Positions 1 to 9,870 are shown, numbered from the stretch's first letter. The stretch is DNA of 64,000 bases from an uncultured bacterium (GCA_963789635.1 CAWBLF010000001.1:59568-123567), one strand, 5' to 3'. Notes: generated by a model not told the origin, from the letters alone. Numbers and translations are program-made.

Positions 1-132
1 GCCCAAAAATTAAAAAAGGTTGGGGACATATATATAGGCCTCACGATTCCAGACCAAGCAGGTCTTCTACAGAGTGTACACTCTCAAAGAACTATTGCTG
101 AAGCGTATGCCACAATGACAAATTGTCCTTGA
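1..132 (+). CDS. 3' end of an unidentified protein-coding gene (partial at window edge)
   Basis: The frame is open from nt 1 to TGA at 130-132 (...KLKKVGDIYIGLTIPDQAGLLQSVHSQRTIAEAYATMTNCP*). No family was recognised. Confidence 0.3.
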   Translation, partial: AQKLKKVGDIYIGLTIPDQAGLLQSVHSQRTIAEAYATMTNCP

Positions 133-224
133 AACTTCTACTTCCGCGTCCTGAATTAGTATATCATTTGTAAAGGACATTACCCATGTAACTGTGGATA
201 AGAATGTCTTTGACAAAAAAGCTG

Positions 225-989
225 TCAAGAAAGGTTGAGCTCTAGAGTGAGTGGACAGTGGTCTGAACCCATAAAATAGCTCAAAATTTCAATGTTTTTG
301 ACTTTCGATATAATATCTGGCGTAACAAAAAAGTAATCAATTCTCCACCCGACATTACGATCTCTAGCATAAGTTTTCATATCCCAATACGTGTAGACTC
401 CTATTTTGTCCGGATTAAAATGACGATATACATCTACATACCCGGCGCTTACAACCTTGTCAAGCCACGCTCGCTCCTCCGGCAAAAAACCTGTGTTTTT
501 TTCATTTTCTTTGGGTCTGGCTAAATCGATTTCATTGTGAGCGGTGTTGACATCGCCACAAAAAACAACCGGTTTATCTTTTCGCAATTTTTCCGTAAAT
601 TTCAGGAACTCATCATAGAACTTTAACTTGTAAGCCAACCGAACCGGTCCACCACCGCCATTTGGAAAATATACGTTGATGAGTGCGAAGTCTTTGAAAT
701 GAGCGACAATAATCCGACCCTCTTCGTCCTTGCCGTTCATGCCATATTCTATCTTCAGTGGTTTATCCTTGGTGTATATTGCTACTCCGCTGTAACCCTT
801 TTTAAAATCCGGAGCGTTGAAATATGAAAAATACCCTTTTGGACTGCGAGCTTCTTCCGATAGTTGTTCCGGCATAGCCTTAATTTCCTGCAAACAAACA
901 ATGTCAGGAGAATCTTTAAAAATTTGATCGAACAAATTCTTTTTTTGGACCGCTCGTAGACCATTTACGTTCCAACAGAGGATTTTCAT
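225..989 (-). CDS. xth: Exodeoxyribonuclease III (AP endonuclease, EEP fold)
   Basis: The ORF 225..1220 contains MKILCWNVNGLRAV...CLQEIK...GDVNTAH...WRIDYFF...GSDHCPLTLEL, a full-length Xth pattern. The upstream 77 codons overlap the xerC-like gene, so the start is placed at ATG 989. Confidence 0.9.
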   Translation of the reverse strand: MKILCWNVNGLRAVQKKNLFDQIFKDSPDIVCLQEIKAMPEQLSEEARSPKGYFSYFNAPDFKKGYSGVAIYTKDKPLKIEYGMNGKDEEGRIIVAHFKDFALINVYFPNGGGGPVRLAYKLKFYDEFLKFTEKLRKDKPVVFCGDVNTAHNEIDLARPKENEKNTGFLPEERAWLDKVVSAGYVDVYRHFNPDKIGVYTYWDMKTYARDRNVGWRIDYFFVTPDIISKVKNIEILSYFMGSDHCPLTLELNLS

Positions 990-1008
990 AAACTTAGTAT
1001 ATTTGAAA

Positions 1009-1935
1009 CTACGATACTTTTCTATTATGAAATTGTTTGTGAACTTCTTTGAGGTGTGAATCCGTAACGTGAGTATAAATTTGGGTAGTGGCAATGTTGG
1101 CATGCCCCAAAAGCATTTGGACCGAGCGAAGGTCTGCGCCATTTTGCAAAAGATCGGTGGCAAAACTGTGCCGAATAACGTGCGGAGTGACTTTTTTTGA
1201 AATACCGGCCTTGAGCGCATAGTGTTTGACCAATCTTTCTATAGAGCGCGGGGTAAGACGCTTGTCTTCGTTGTCATTTTTATTTCTGCCGACATTTATA
1301 AACATCGCGTCTTCCAAATCGGCGCGCTTGGCCAAATATTTCTTTACGGCTTCCTTGGCCTCACCGGACAAAAAGACTACTCGCACTTTTTCGCCCTTTC
1401 CCCGAACCGAGAACTCATCTCTGGACATATCTAAGTCGCGGGGGAGGGAAGCCAATTCGGAAACACGAAGTCCGGTTGAAAAAAGAAGCTCCAAAATAGC
1501 CCGATCACGAAGCGCCTTGACACTTTCGCCCTGCGGAGCCGCTATTATTCGTTCAAGCTCATTCGAGGTAATGAGGTCAAGTGATCGTTCCGGCACTTTT
1601 GCAAGCTCAATGCGATCCGGGGCCAGGGAAGGGATATCCCGTTTCATCAAATATTTTAGAAATGCTCGCAAGGCAATGAGATAATAGTTCTGAGTCCTCT
1701 TTTTAAGAGTCTCTTTTCTGCCACCGATAACCGTCCCCGACTCTCTACGATTGAGCCAAAGACGGTATTCGCGAATCACATCATCGGTAATATCTTTTGG
1801 ATTATTTATCTTTGAATAATGAAGAAAAGTTTCAAGATAATGGCCATAATTTTCTACCGTTTTTAAACTTCTGCCTCTGCCAACTTCCAAGTCTTCCAAA
1901 AACTGTCTCGTAAGTTTGTGAAGTTCAAGTGCCAT
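1009..1935 (-). CDS. xerC: Tyrosine recombinase XerC/XerD family
   Basis: Has an N-terminal SAM-like core-binding domain. The C-terminal catalytic region reads ...TPHVIRHSFATDLLQNGADLRSVQMLLGHANIATTQIYTHV (R..HxxR..Y signature). Confidence 0.85.
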   Translation of the reverse strand: MALELHKLTRQFLEDLEVGRGRSLKTVENYGHYLETFLHYSKINNPKDITDDVIREYRLWLNRRESGTVIGGRKETLKKRTQNYYLIALRAFLKYLMKRDIPSLAPDRIELAKVPERSLDLITSNELERIIAAPQGESVKALRDRAILELLFSTGLRVSELASLPRDLDMSRDEFSVRGKGEKVRVVFLSGEAKEAVKKYLAKRADLEDAMFINVGRNKNDNEDKRLTPRSIERLVKHYALKAGISKKVTPHVIRHSFATDLLQNGADLRSVQMLLGHANIATTQIYTHVTDSHLKEVHKQFHNRKVS

Positions 1936-2083
1936 AGGATTATAGGTTAATGTCGCACAATATTATAGCATCAAAAAACGTTGTCGGGTGATAGATATTG
2001 GAATTTTGTCCAAAAACCAAATAATGGCTAAGAATGGCTAAGGGCTTGCAATATAAAAGCTTTTATGCTATTGTCTTTCAACA

Positions 2084-2356
2084 ATGATTACCAAAACAAA
2101 GAAGAATAAAATCATCAAAGAGGTCAAAATTCACGACGCGGACACCGGTTCTCCGGAAGTCCAGATATCTCTATTGACGCATCAGATCGAGGAACTTGCT
2201 TCTCATCTCAAAAAGCACCAGAAAGACAACCACTCACGTCGCGGACTTTTGTCCATGGTATCCAGACGCCAAGCTCAGATGGGATATCTGCAAAAAAGAA
2301 ATCCTAAACGTTTTAATGTTTTGATGAAAAAACTCAATCTGAAGAAGAAGGCTTAG
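2084..2356 (+). CDS. rpsO: 30S ribosomal protein S15
   Basis: 90 aa with DTGSPEVQISLLTHQIEELASHLKKHQKDNHSRRGLLSMVSRRQ, the classic S15 signature. Confidence 0.95.
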   Translation: MITKTKKNKIIKEVKIHDADTGSPEVQISLLTHQIEELASHLKKHQKDNHSRRGLLSMVSRRQAQMGYLQKRNPKRFNVLMKKLNLKKKA

Positions 2357-2524
2357 AGAAATAAGGAGTGCACGACTATATTTCTCAAGTCCCGCCCCTC
2401 ATATAACTAGTGTATAATATCAGTGGGCGTAGAAGAATTTTTTAATAAAAATAGTTATTTTTAATCTTAATAGGGGGCGGGATGGCGATTTGTATAGTCG
2501 CTTCGCTCCTTATAAATCAGCCAC

Positions 2525-3067
2525 ATGGCAGTTATCAAACACAAAGATCAGCGCGTCGGCATTTTTATTGACACTCAAAACCTTTATCACTGCGCCAAAA
2601 ACCTATACCACGCCAAAGTCAATTTTGGGCAAGTTGTCAAAGACGCTTTGGCTGGTCGCGTCCTAATTCGCGCAGTCGCTTATGTGATAACTACCGAAAG
2701 CGGGGACGAAAAAGGGTTTTTTGAAGCCTTGGAAAAAGCTGGCATCGAAACAAAAACCAAAAACCTCCAAGTGTTTGCCGGAGGAGCAAAAAAGGGTGAC
2801 TGGGACGTAGGACTGGCCATGGATGCTGTAAAAATGGGACCAAAGTTGGACACAGTCATAATCGTTTCTGGTGATGGTGACTTCGTTCCTCTTGTTGAAT
2901 ATCTCCAAAACACTCACGGGTGCCAAGTAGAAGTCGTGTCTTTTGGCAAATCATCTTCAGGCAAGCTGATAGAAGCTACTGACGACTTCCTGGATCTTGA
3001 TTCTAATCCACGCAAGTATCTTATGGGCCGTCCTCAAAAAAGAGGCCCGAGACCGACAGAAATGTAA
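2525..3067 (+). CDS. NYN-domain (LabA/DUF88-like) putative RNase
   Basis: Contains VGIFIDTQNLYH...GDWDVGLAMDAV...VIIVSGDGDFVPLVEYLQ..G..VEVVSF, the typical NYN/LabA acidic motifs. Confidence 0.75.
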   Translation: MAVIKHKDQRVGIFIDTQNLYHCAKNLYHAKVNFGQVVKDALAGRVLIRAVAYVITTESGDEKGFFEALEKAGIETKTKNLQVFAGGAKKGDWDVGLAMDAVKMGPKLDTVIIVSGDGDFVPLVEYLQNTHGCQVEVVSFGKSSSGKLIEATDDFLDLDSNPRKYLMGRPQKRGPRPTEM

Positions 3068-3086
3068 TCCATAAAAAAGTATCTAA

Positions 3087-3115
3087 CAAAACCCGCGTTG
3101 TGCGGGTTTTGTTTT
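3087..3115 (+). terminator. Rho-independent terminator after the NYN gene
   Basis: aaaACCCGCgttgtGCGGGTtttgttttg: a GC stem followed by a T-run. Confidence 0.75.
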
Positions 3116-3165
3116 GTTCAGTTCTTCAATGCCTATGATAGAATAGAATTTGTAATTTTCTATTC

Positions 3166-4530
3166 ATGCCACCCGAAAAGGAATCTCACATTGAGTTTAA
3201 TGACGACACAATAGCAAAAGCAAGCGCCGAGGCAATAAGTCTTGGTAAAAAAAGTTTTGAGGAACAAAAAAATGCTTTTGGTACGGTGCAAAACAGCATA
3301 AGTGATGGCACTAAGCAAGAAACCGAGAAGGAAAATCAACCTGTGGTCATAAAAAGTCTGCGAACTTACCAAGGTGACATCGCCGAAGCCATAAAAAATC
3401 AAAATGCGTCAGTGTTAACCATTGCAATGGCAGAACAACAAAGGGTTGGGGAGAGGGAAGATCAAAAAGAAAAGGAAGAATTCAAGCCACGAACGATTCT
3501 TCAAAGAATAAAAGGTGAAAAGCCCAAACCTCGCACCCCGACGCCAGAGTTTGTCCCTCCCCGTATTGAGCCAAAGCCAAAACAAGCACCAGCGACGTTC
3601 ACACCACCTCCCATCTTCAATGTTCCTCCTACCCAGAGCGTCAATGTAAAACCAAGCAGGCCGGAATTCCCGTCAAAGATTGTTTTTGGAGAAGCGCCAC
3701 AAAAAAAGATTAACGACGCGTTTCGACGTGACACAGTCACCATCGCGATAAGCATCCTACTTATCCTTCTCGGTGTAGGCGCTGTAGCGGGTTTTTATTT
3801 TTTACAAAAGACTCCTCCAAAACCTGCCGCTGCGCCAGCCTCTGAACTCACAATTATCCCTTATGATACCAAGGAAACTATATCGACTGCCGACCTTGGT
3901 AGAGAGTCTTTGTTGCAAAAACTGAATGCCATTCGACGCGGGGCTCCCATTGCCGACGGCTCTGTTCATTATGTGGAATTGACCAGTGGAGCGACCTCTA
4001 CCATCCCTATTTCAACCAATGATTTATTTTCAATTCTCAATACAAATATTCCGGGCAACGCTATTCGCGCCTTCGGTCCAAATTTTATGTTTGGTTTCTA
4101 TGGAATAAACGGCAACCAACCATTTATTCTCATATCTTTGAATTCATTTGAAAACGCATATGCAGGCATGCTCGAATGGGAAAAGGATATGAATACGGAT
4201 GTGGGGGCGATATTTTCTCCTTCGGCTGTGGCTCTGACACAATATGTGCCAATTAACACACCAGCGGTAGCCAGCACGAGCGGCGTCAAAAATGTCATCG
4301 CCACAGGCACTACAGCTGTCACCACTATTGCAAACCTCGGTCCGGCATCAGATAGTCAGTTTGGAGATGTCACCATTCAAAACAAAGATGCCAGGGTGCT
4401 AAAAAACTCCCGAGCAGAAACGATTCTTTTGTATTCATTCATCAATCAAAATACTTTACTCATAACATCCAACGAATCTGTGTTAAGTGCAATGATAGGC
4501 AAATTCACACAGCAACAATATACTCGCTAG
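3166..4530 (+). CDS. Hypothetical membrane-anchored protein (Pro-rich linker, single TM)
   Basis: 454-aa ORF with a Pro/Lys-rich segment (PKPRTPTPEFVPPRIEPKPKQAPATFTPPP), then the TM segment TVTIAISILLILLGVGAVAGFYFL and a large C-terminal domain. No family was recognised. Confidence 0.6.
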   Translation: MPPEKESHIEFNDDTIAKASAEAISLGKKSFEEQKNAFGTVQNSISDGTKQETEKENQPVVIKSLRTYQGDIAEAIKNQNASVLTIAMAEQQRVGEREDQKEKEEFKPRTILQRIKGEKPKPRTPTPEFVPPRIEPKPKQAPATFTPPPIFNVPPTQSVNVKPSRPEFPSKIVFGEAPQKKINDAFRRDTVTIAISILLILLGVGAVAGFYFLQKTPPKPAAAPASELTIIPYDTKETISTADLGRESLLQKLNAIRRGAPIADGSVHYVELTSGATSTIPISTNDLFSILNTNIPGNAIRAFGPNFMFGFYGINGNQPFILISLNSFENAYAGMLEWEKDMNTDVGAIFSPSAVALTQYVPINTPAVASTSGVKNVIATGTTAVTTIANLGPASDSQFGDVTIQNKDARVLKNSRAETILLYSFINQNTLLITSNESVLSAMIGKFTQQQYTR

Positions 4531-4577
4531 ACACAAAAGACCAAACAGTTTGCATATCCCGTTTTGCTTGGTATCAT

Positions 4578-4943
4578 ATGGCCATGACAGAACAATACGA
4601 TAAATTCAAAGAAAAGTTGGAAGCGGAACGAGCTCTTCTGGAAAAAGAACTGGAGAGCGTAGGCCAAAAGAATCCCGATAATCCGAAAGATTGGGAAGCT
4701 ACTCCAGCGGTTATGGACACTCTCAAAGCAGATGAAAATGAGGTGGCCGACACCATAGAAGAATACGAGGGAAACACCGCGATATTGAAACAACTTGAAA
4801 CCAGGTACAACGAAGTGCTTTCAGCTCTAAAAAGAATTGATGCGTGCACATATGGTGTCTGTAGTGTCTGTGGCAAGCCAATCGAACCGGACCGCTTAGA
4901 AGCAAACATTGCGGCCGATACCTGCAAAGAACATCTGAGTTAG
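4578..4943 (+). CDS. DksA/TraR-family C4 zinc-finger protein
   Basis: 121 aa with a coiled-coil N-terminus and the zinc finger C..C...CSVCGKPIEPDRLEANIAADTCKEH. Confidence 0.7.
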   Translation: MAMTEQYDKFKEKLEAERALLEKELESVGQKNPDNPKDWEATPAVMDTLKADENEVADTIEEYEGNTAILKQLETRYNEVLSALKRIDACTYGVCSVCGKPIEPDRLEANIAADTCKEHLS

Positions 4944-4957
4944 TTATCGTTACTCAT

Positions 4958-6490
4958 ATGGCTTTTGCAAAAGTTCACAGTGCCCAGGCTTCGTTACTCA
5001 CCGCTCACATTGTCGATATTGAAATTGATCTAGCGAAAGGCCTTCCGTCTTTTGCAATTGTCGGCCTTCCCGACAAAGCCGTGGAAGAATCGCGTGATCG
5101 TTTTTCCGCCGCGGTAAAGCATTGCGGATTTACTTCTCCCAAAAGTAAAAGTCAAAAGGTGGTTATATCACTTGCGCCGGCAGACCTTAAAAAAGAAGGG
5201 CCTGTTTTCGACTTAGGCATGGCAGTAGCGTACCTTATTGCCTCTGGAGATATCGTCGCTGATGTGGAAAAAAGTATTTTCCTTGGAGAACTGTCACTGG
5301 ACGGAAAGGTCAGAAAAATTACAGGAGTATTACCGGTGGTTCAAGAGGCCAGAAGAAAAGGGTTTACAGAAATTTTTTTACCAAAAGAAAATGCAGAGGA
5401 AGGGGCGCTAATAGACGGTATCAATATATATGGCGTAGAAACTTTGACCGAAGTTTTGGAACATGTGAGAAAGGGGAGTGAAAAAAAACTTATTCCCCAA
5501 CCAAAAACCACTGTTGATCTTGAGCATTCGCAAGAAAATGAGATGGATTTTAATGATGTCAGAGGACAAGAGCACGTCAAAAGAGGATTGGAGATTGCTG
5601 CCGCCGGCGGACACAACGTCGCCCTATACGGCCCTCCGGGAACAGGAAAAACGATGTTGGCCAAAGCGTTTATTAACATTTTGCCTAACCTCACTTTTGA
5701 TGAAATGCTTGAGGCGACGGCCATTCACTCGGTGGCCGGACTTCTAAAGGGTCCTCTTATCACCACTCCTCCTCTACGTTCACCACACCATACCGCTTCA
5801 TATGTCTCCATTGTTGGTGGCGGAGCAACGCCAAAACCAGGGGAAATTACTTTGGCCCATCGTGGGGTGCTTTTTCTGGATGAATTCCCGGAATTTGAAA
5901 GACGAGTCATCGACGCGCTACGCCAACCCTTGGAGGATCGTGTGGTATCGGTGACCAGAGCCAAGGGGAGTGCTTTGTTTCCAGCTAATTTTATTTTACT
6001 GGCCGCGATGAATCCCTGCCCGTGTGGCAATTTTGGATTTAAAGGAAAGGAATGCATCTGTTCACCAATACAACTGATGCGTTACCAAAGAAAACTTTCC
6101 GGACCAATCTTGGAACGTATAGATATTTGGCTTGATGTGCCCCGTATTGAACACGAGAAACTCTCCGGCGCTTCGGTCGGAGAATCGTCTGAGGTGGTGC
6201 GCAAACGAGTAGCCGCCGCGAGACTTCTCCAACGCGCTCGTTTCAAAAAAAATAAAAGTAAATCCACCTTTAACGCCGAAATGAGTGTGCGTGACCTGGT
6301 CGGGTCTGTAGATTTGCCTGAAGAAAGCAAAAAACTACTGAATGATTCGGCAAAAAGTCTCGGTCTTTCTCCTCGCGTTTATCACAAAGTAATAAAAGTA
6401 GCTAGAACTATCGCCGACCTTGCCGAAAGTGAACAAATTTTGCCTGAGCACATTCTGGAAGCTCTGCAATATCGTCCTAAAAAACAATAG
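4958..6490 (+). CDS. comM: YifB/ComM family Mg-chelatase-like AAA+ ATPase
   Basis: N-terminal Lon-like domain (IVGLPDKAVEESRDR), Walker A GPPGTGKTMLAK, Walker B LFLDEFPEF and a Cys cluster NPCPCG. Confidence 0.9.
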   Translation: MAFAKVHSAQASLLTAHIVDIEIDLAKGLPSFAIVGLPDKAVEESRDRFSAAVKHCGFTSPKSKSQKVVISLAPADLKKEGPVFDLGMAVAYLIASGDIVADVEKSIFLGELSLDGKVRKITGVLPVVQEARRKGFTEIFLPKENAEEGALIDGINIYGVETLTEVLEHVRKGSEKKLIPQPKTTVDLEHSQENEMDFNDVRGQEHVKRGLEIAAAGGHNVALYGPPGTGKTMLAKAFINILPNLTFDEMLEATAIHSVAGLLKGPLITTPPLRSPHHTASYVSIVGGGATPKPGEITLAHRGVLFLDEFPEFERRVIDALRQPLEDRVVSVTRAKGSALFPANFILLAAMNPCPCGNFGFKGKECICSPIQLMRYQRKLSGPILERIDIWLDVPRIEHEKLSGASVGESSEVVRKRVAAARLLQRARFKKNKSKSTFNAEMSVRDLVGSVDLPEESKKLLNDSAKSLGLSPRVYHKVIKVARTIADLAESEQILPEHILEALQYRPKKQ

Positions 6491-6523
6491 CAAACAAAAA
6501 CTCCTTTACGGAGTTTTTGTTTG
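6491..6523. terminator. Bidirectional hairpin terminator between convergent comM and M23 peptidase genes
   Basis: CAAACAAAAACTCCtttacGGAGTTTTTGTTTG: a perfect 14-bp stem with A/T runs on both sides. Confidence 0.75.
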
Positions 6524-6557
6524 CTTACATAATGAAATATTTTAATTTGGTACCAAA

Positions 6558-7610
6558 TTAAAATGGATTTGGCGCTCCGCGAATTTCAAAGTGGAGGTGC
6601 GGACCTGTCACTTTACCGGTAGCTCCGACATAGCCTATGACTTGGCCTTGAACCACATCTACACCATCGGGCACGGCTTCGCGACTCATATGTGCATATA
6701 GAGTTTGAGTGCCATTGCCGTGCTGAATGACAATATAATTTCCGTAACCACCATTCCATCCTCCCATTTTTCTTACTATTACCTTGCCCGTGGCCGCGGC
6801 CACAATCGGCGTACCGTAAGGTGGGGCTATATCCACAGCGTTATATCCATGGATACCTTGGGTTTTTGGTCCCGTTGTCGGGCGAATATAATAACCGTCT
6901 GGAGAAGCCGCTGGACCGGTGGACATAAGAGGTGGCCCATATAAGGGAGCACTCCAATTATTGCCGGAAGAGGAAGAAGAATATGTTTGAGACGAACCGG
7001 AAGTATTCATTTCACCATCCGGTACTATGACAACGTCTCCGGGATTGAGAACGGTGCTATCGGTAATATTGTTGTACTGTTCGATTTCACCTACATTACC
7101 ATTGTAAAGTTTGGCAATAGATTTGATGGTGTCACCACTTTTAACTATATGACGAACTCCGGAAACAGGAAGAATGGTTAATGTCTGTCCAGGAGAGATG
7201 GTGTTACCACTTATATCATTGCCCCAACGAATGGTATTCACCGAAACTCCAAAAAGTTTGGCAATTGAAGAAAGGGTATCTCCAGGACGCACAATATATA
7301 GACTAATCTGGTCGGAAGATGGCGTTATGGTCTGGTTGGACGACAAACCACCTGGATCGTTGTCTGCCAATAGAGCGGACCCACCGACTACCGTAATATC
7401 GCCACCGCCGGTGTTTGGGCTCGGATCAATATTGACGGGGGCCTCCAGAAGGGCAACCGACTGAGAGCTTTTGACTGAAGCAGTTTGTCCTACCGGACTC
7501 AAAAGATTTTGAACGAAGGATAACACTCCGGCATTTGCGAGAACGGGGAAAGACAGGATAAAAGCCCAAATAATAAGGTTTTTTGAGTAAAAACCAGTTA
7601 TTACTCTCAA
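6558..7610 (-). CDS. Secreted LysM-repeat / M23 family metallopeptidase
   Basis: Signal/TM N-terminus and two LysM repeats (YIVRPGDTLSSIAKLFGVSVNTIRWGN; HIVKSGDTIKSIAKLYNGNVGEIEQYN). M23 core: GYNAVDIA...GNYIVIQHGNGTQTLYAHM...TGPHLHFEIRG. Confidence 0.9.
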   Translation of the reverse strand: MRVITGFYSKNLIIWAFILSFPVLANAGVLSFVQNLLSPVGQTASVKSSQSVALLEAPVNIDPSPNTGGGDITVVGGSALLADNDPGGLSSNQTITPSSDQISLYIVRPGDTLSSIAKLFGVSVNTIRWGNDISGNTISPGQTLTILPVSGVRHIVKSGDTIKSIAKLYNGNVGEIEQYNNITDSTVLNPGDVVIVPDGEMNTSGSSQTYSSSSSGNNWSAPLYGPPLMSTGPAASPDGYYIRPTTGPKTQGIHGYNAVDIAPPYGTPIVAAATGKVIVRKMGGWNGGYGNYIVIQHGNGTQTLYAHMSREAVPDGVDVVQGQVIGYVGATGKVTGPHLHFEIRGAPNPF

Positions 7611-7876
7611 TAATATTGAATTAAATCTGTCGCGAAAACCACCTAGCGAACGTTTAAACCGTGAAATAAGCTTTCAATTATTGATAATTCTGTCTTTTCA
7701 GTAAAATATGGCTCTGTTGAGCCATAAACAAGAGTTCGGGATTTTTGATGCACCTCCAATTGTACCAGTTTCACTCTGTTGGTCAACGACTGTGGGGATA
7801 TGGTGGGGACAGTGAAAACTAACAAATTGGCACCAATTTTTTAGTTTATAGTGATCCTTCTGGTATAGTAGGCAGT

Positions 7877-9823
7877 ATGACTAGGGTAAACGAGCTAAAT
7901 TCGCAACAAAAAAAAGCTGTGGAGACCACAAAAGGGCCTCTTCTTATTTTGGCGGGGGCCGGCGCTGGAAAAACTAAAACACTAACTGAACGCATAGTCC
8001 ATATTGTTAGTGGAGGTGTATCGCCGAAAGAGATACTGGCCATCACTTTTACCAACAAAGCGGCCAGTGAGATGAGAGATAGGGTGTTTAGCCGGCTGGC
8101 TGATGAAAAAACTTTAAATAACCCAGTTTCTATAACCGAAAAGCCTTTCATCTCTACTTTTCACGCTTTGGGTGTCCACATACTTAAAGAAAATGCTACC
8201 CTGCTTGGGTTACCGCGCCATTTTGGAATTTTTGATAAAGATGATTCAAAAAAGGCTGTCCGAAACGCCATTCGCGATCTAGACTTGGATCCAAAGCAGT
8301 ACGAACCGGGCAAAATCCTTTCCGCAATATCAAGAGAAAAAGGAAACGGGGTTTCATACGAAGAATTTGCGCTTAGGGCGCAAAATGATTTTTGGTCCGG
8401 CTTGATAAGCCAAGTCTGGCGCAAATATGAAGAAACCTTGAAATACGAAAAAGCTTTGGACTTTGATGATTTACTTTTGCGCACAATGAAAATTTTGGAA
8501 GATAAAAAAGTCAGAGAACATTATCAAAATATTTGGAAATACATTCATATCGACGAGTATCAGGATACAAACGGAGTCCAATATCATATTGCGAAATTAC
8601 TTTCTGAAAAAAACAGAAATATTTGTGTGGTGGGCGATATAGATCAAAATATTTATAGTTGGCGGGGGGCGCGCTTGCGTAATATTCTTGATTTTGAAAA
8701 AGATTATCCGGAAGCAACGGTGGTAACGCTCGAGGAAAATTATCGCTCCACCCAAACTATTTTGCACGTGGCCAATCACATAATTCAAAAAAATAAATTT
8801 CGTAAAGAAAAAAATCTTTTTACAAAAAATGTTTCAGGGGAACCACTTTCACTTTTTGAAGGGTTCGATGAGGTGTCGGAAGCGGAGTTTGTGGCAACAC
8901 AATGCGAAAAATTGATTCTGTCCGGGGTCTCTCCAGAGCAAATTGCTGTTTTATACAGGGCAAACTTTCAGTCGCGCGCGCTTGAAGAAGCGTTTTTGGC
9001 CTACGGGGTAAAATATCAGCTTCTCGGAACAAAATTTTTTGAACGCAAAGAAGTAAAAGATGTTCTTTCTTACATTAGGGCGGCTCTTGAACCCAAAAGT
9101 CTTACCGACCTAAAACGAATACTAAATGTTCCTCCTCGCGGTATAGGTAAGGTTTCACTCCTTAAAATTTTTGAAGGTCGTACGGATTCGTTGCCCATTG
9201 GTGTGCGTGGTCAATATCAAAATTTTATTATTTTATTAAAAACAATCGGGGAAGCGGCCCGTAATCTGTTGCCTAGCGAGACTGTAAGAATAGTTTTGAA
9301 AGAAAGCGGTTTGGAAAAACTATTGATGTCCGGGGGGGAAGATGATCGTGAGCGTTTGGAAAACATCCGTGAACTTGTGACACTGGCCAAACGCTATGAC
9401 AATAATCCCGGGGAAAAGGGTATTGAGGCGTTTTTGACAAATGCCGCTCTACAGAGCGATCAAGACGCGCTCGAAAAACCGCAGGAGGGAGTAAAACTAA
9501 TGACCGTACACGCTTCAAAAGGTCTTGAATTTGATTATATTTTTATTACCGGATTGGAAGAAAATCTTTTTCCGCACATGGGTATGGAAGAGGATGAAGT
9601 GGCTACCGAAGATGATGAGGAAGAACGAAGGCTTTTTTATGTCGCTATCACTCGCGCGCGCAAAAAAATTTATCTTTCCTATGCCAAAACGCGAATGCTT
9701 TACGGGTCGCGCCAAGTCAACATACCGTCGGAATTTGTTTTTGATGTTCCACAGGATATGATAGTCCGTGAAGAAGGAACATACGGACTGCTACGAAAGC
9801 CTATGTTTAAAATAGACTTTTAG
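7877..9823 (+). CDS. pcrA: UvrD/PcrA-type ATP-dependent DNA helicase (SF1)
   Basis: LNSQQKKAVE, Walker A LAGAGAGKTKTLTERI, DEYQDTN, YRS, and the C-terminal VHASKGLEFDYIFI...RRLFYVAITRARKKIYLSY. Confidence 0.9.
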   Translation: MTRVNELNSQQKKAVETTKGPLLILAGAGAGKTKTLTERIVHIVSGGVSPKEILAITFTNKAASEMRDRVFSRLADEKTLNNPVSITEKPFISTFHALGVHILKENATLLGLPRHFGIFDKDDSKKAVRNAIRDLDLDPKQYEPGKILSAISREKGNGVSYEEFALRAQNDFWSGLISQVWRKYEETLKYEKALDFDDLLLRTMKILEDKKVREHYQNIWKYIHIDEYQDTNGVQYHIAKLLSEKNRNICVVGDIDQNIYSWRGARLRNILDFEKDYPEATVVTLEENYRSTQTILHVANHIIQKNKFRKEKNLFTKNVSGEPLSLFEGFDEVSEAEFVATQCEKLILSGVSPEQIAVLYRANFQSRALEEAFLAYGVKYQLLGTKFFERKEVKDVLSYIRAALEPKSLTDLKRILNVPPRGIGKVSLLKIFEGRTDSLPIGVRGQYQNFIILLKTIGEAARNLLPSETVRIVLKESGLEKLLMSGGEDDRERLENIRELVTLAKRYDNNPGEKGIEAFLTNAALQSDQDALEKPQEGVKLMTVHASKGLEFDYIFITGLEENLFPHMGMEEDEVATEDDEEERRLFYVAITRARKKIYLSYAKTRMLYGSRQVNIPSEFVFDVPQDMIVREEGTYGLLRKPMFKIDF

Positions 9824-9827
9824 CTCT

Positions 9828-9848
9828 CCCAGGAGCTCAGCTCCTGGG
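9828..9848. repeat. REP-like hairpin copy 1 (5' flank of RAYT-like gene)
   Basis: CCCAGGAGC-tca-GCTCCTGGG. It lies within the 23-nt string TCTCCCAGGAGCTCAGCTCCTGG that is shared with copy 3. Confidence 0.8.
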
Positions 9849-9870
9849 GTGGTGGTATAATATTGAAATT

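Noticed and set aside
9828-9848. Hairpin after pcrA/uvrD as a simple rho-independent terminator
   Set aside because: No T-run follows it (GTGGTGGTATAAT...). The identical palindrome recurs after the next gene and in modified form inside it, so it is treated as a REP-like repeat.
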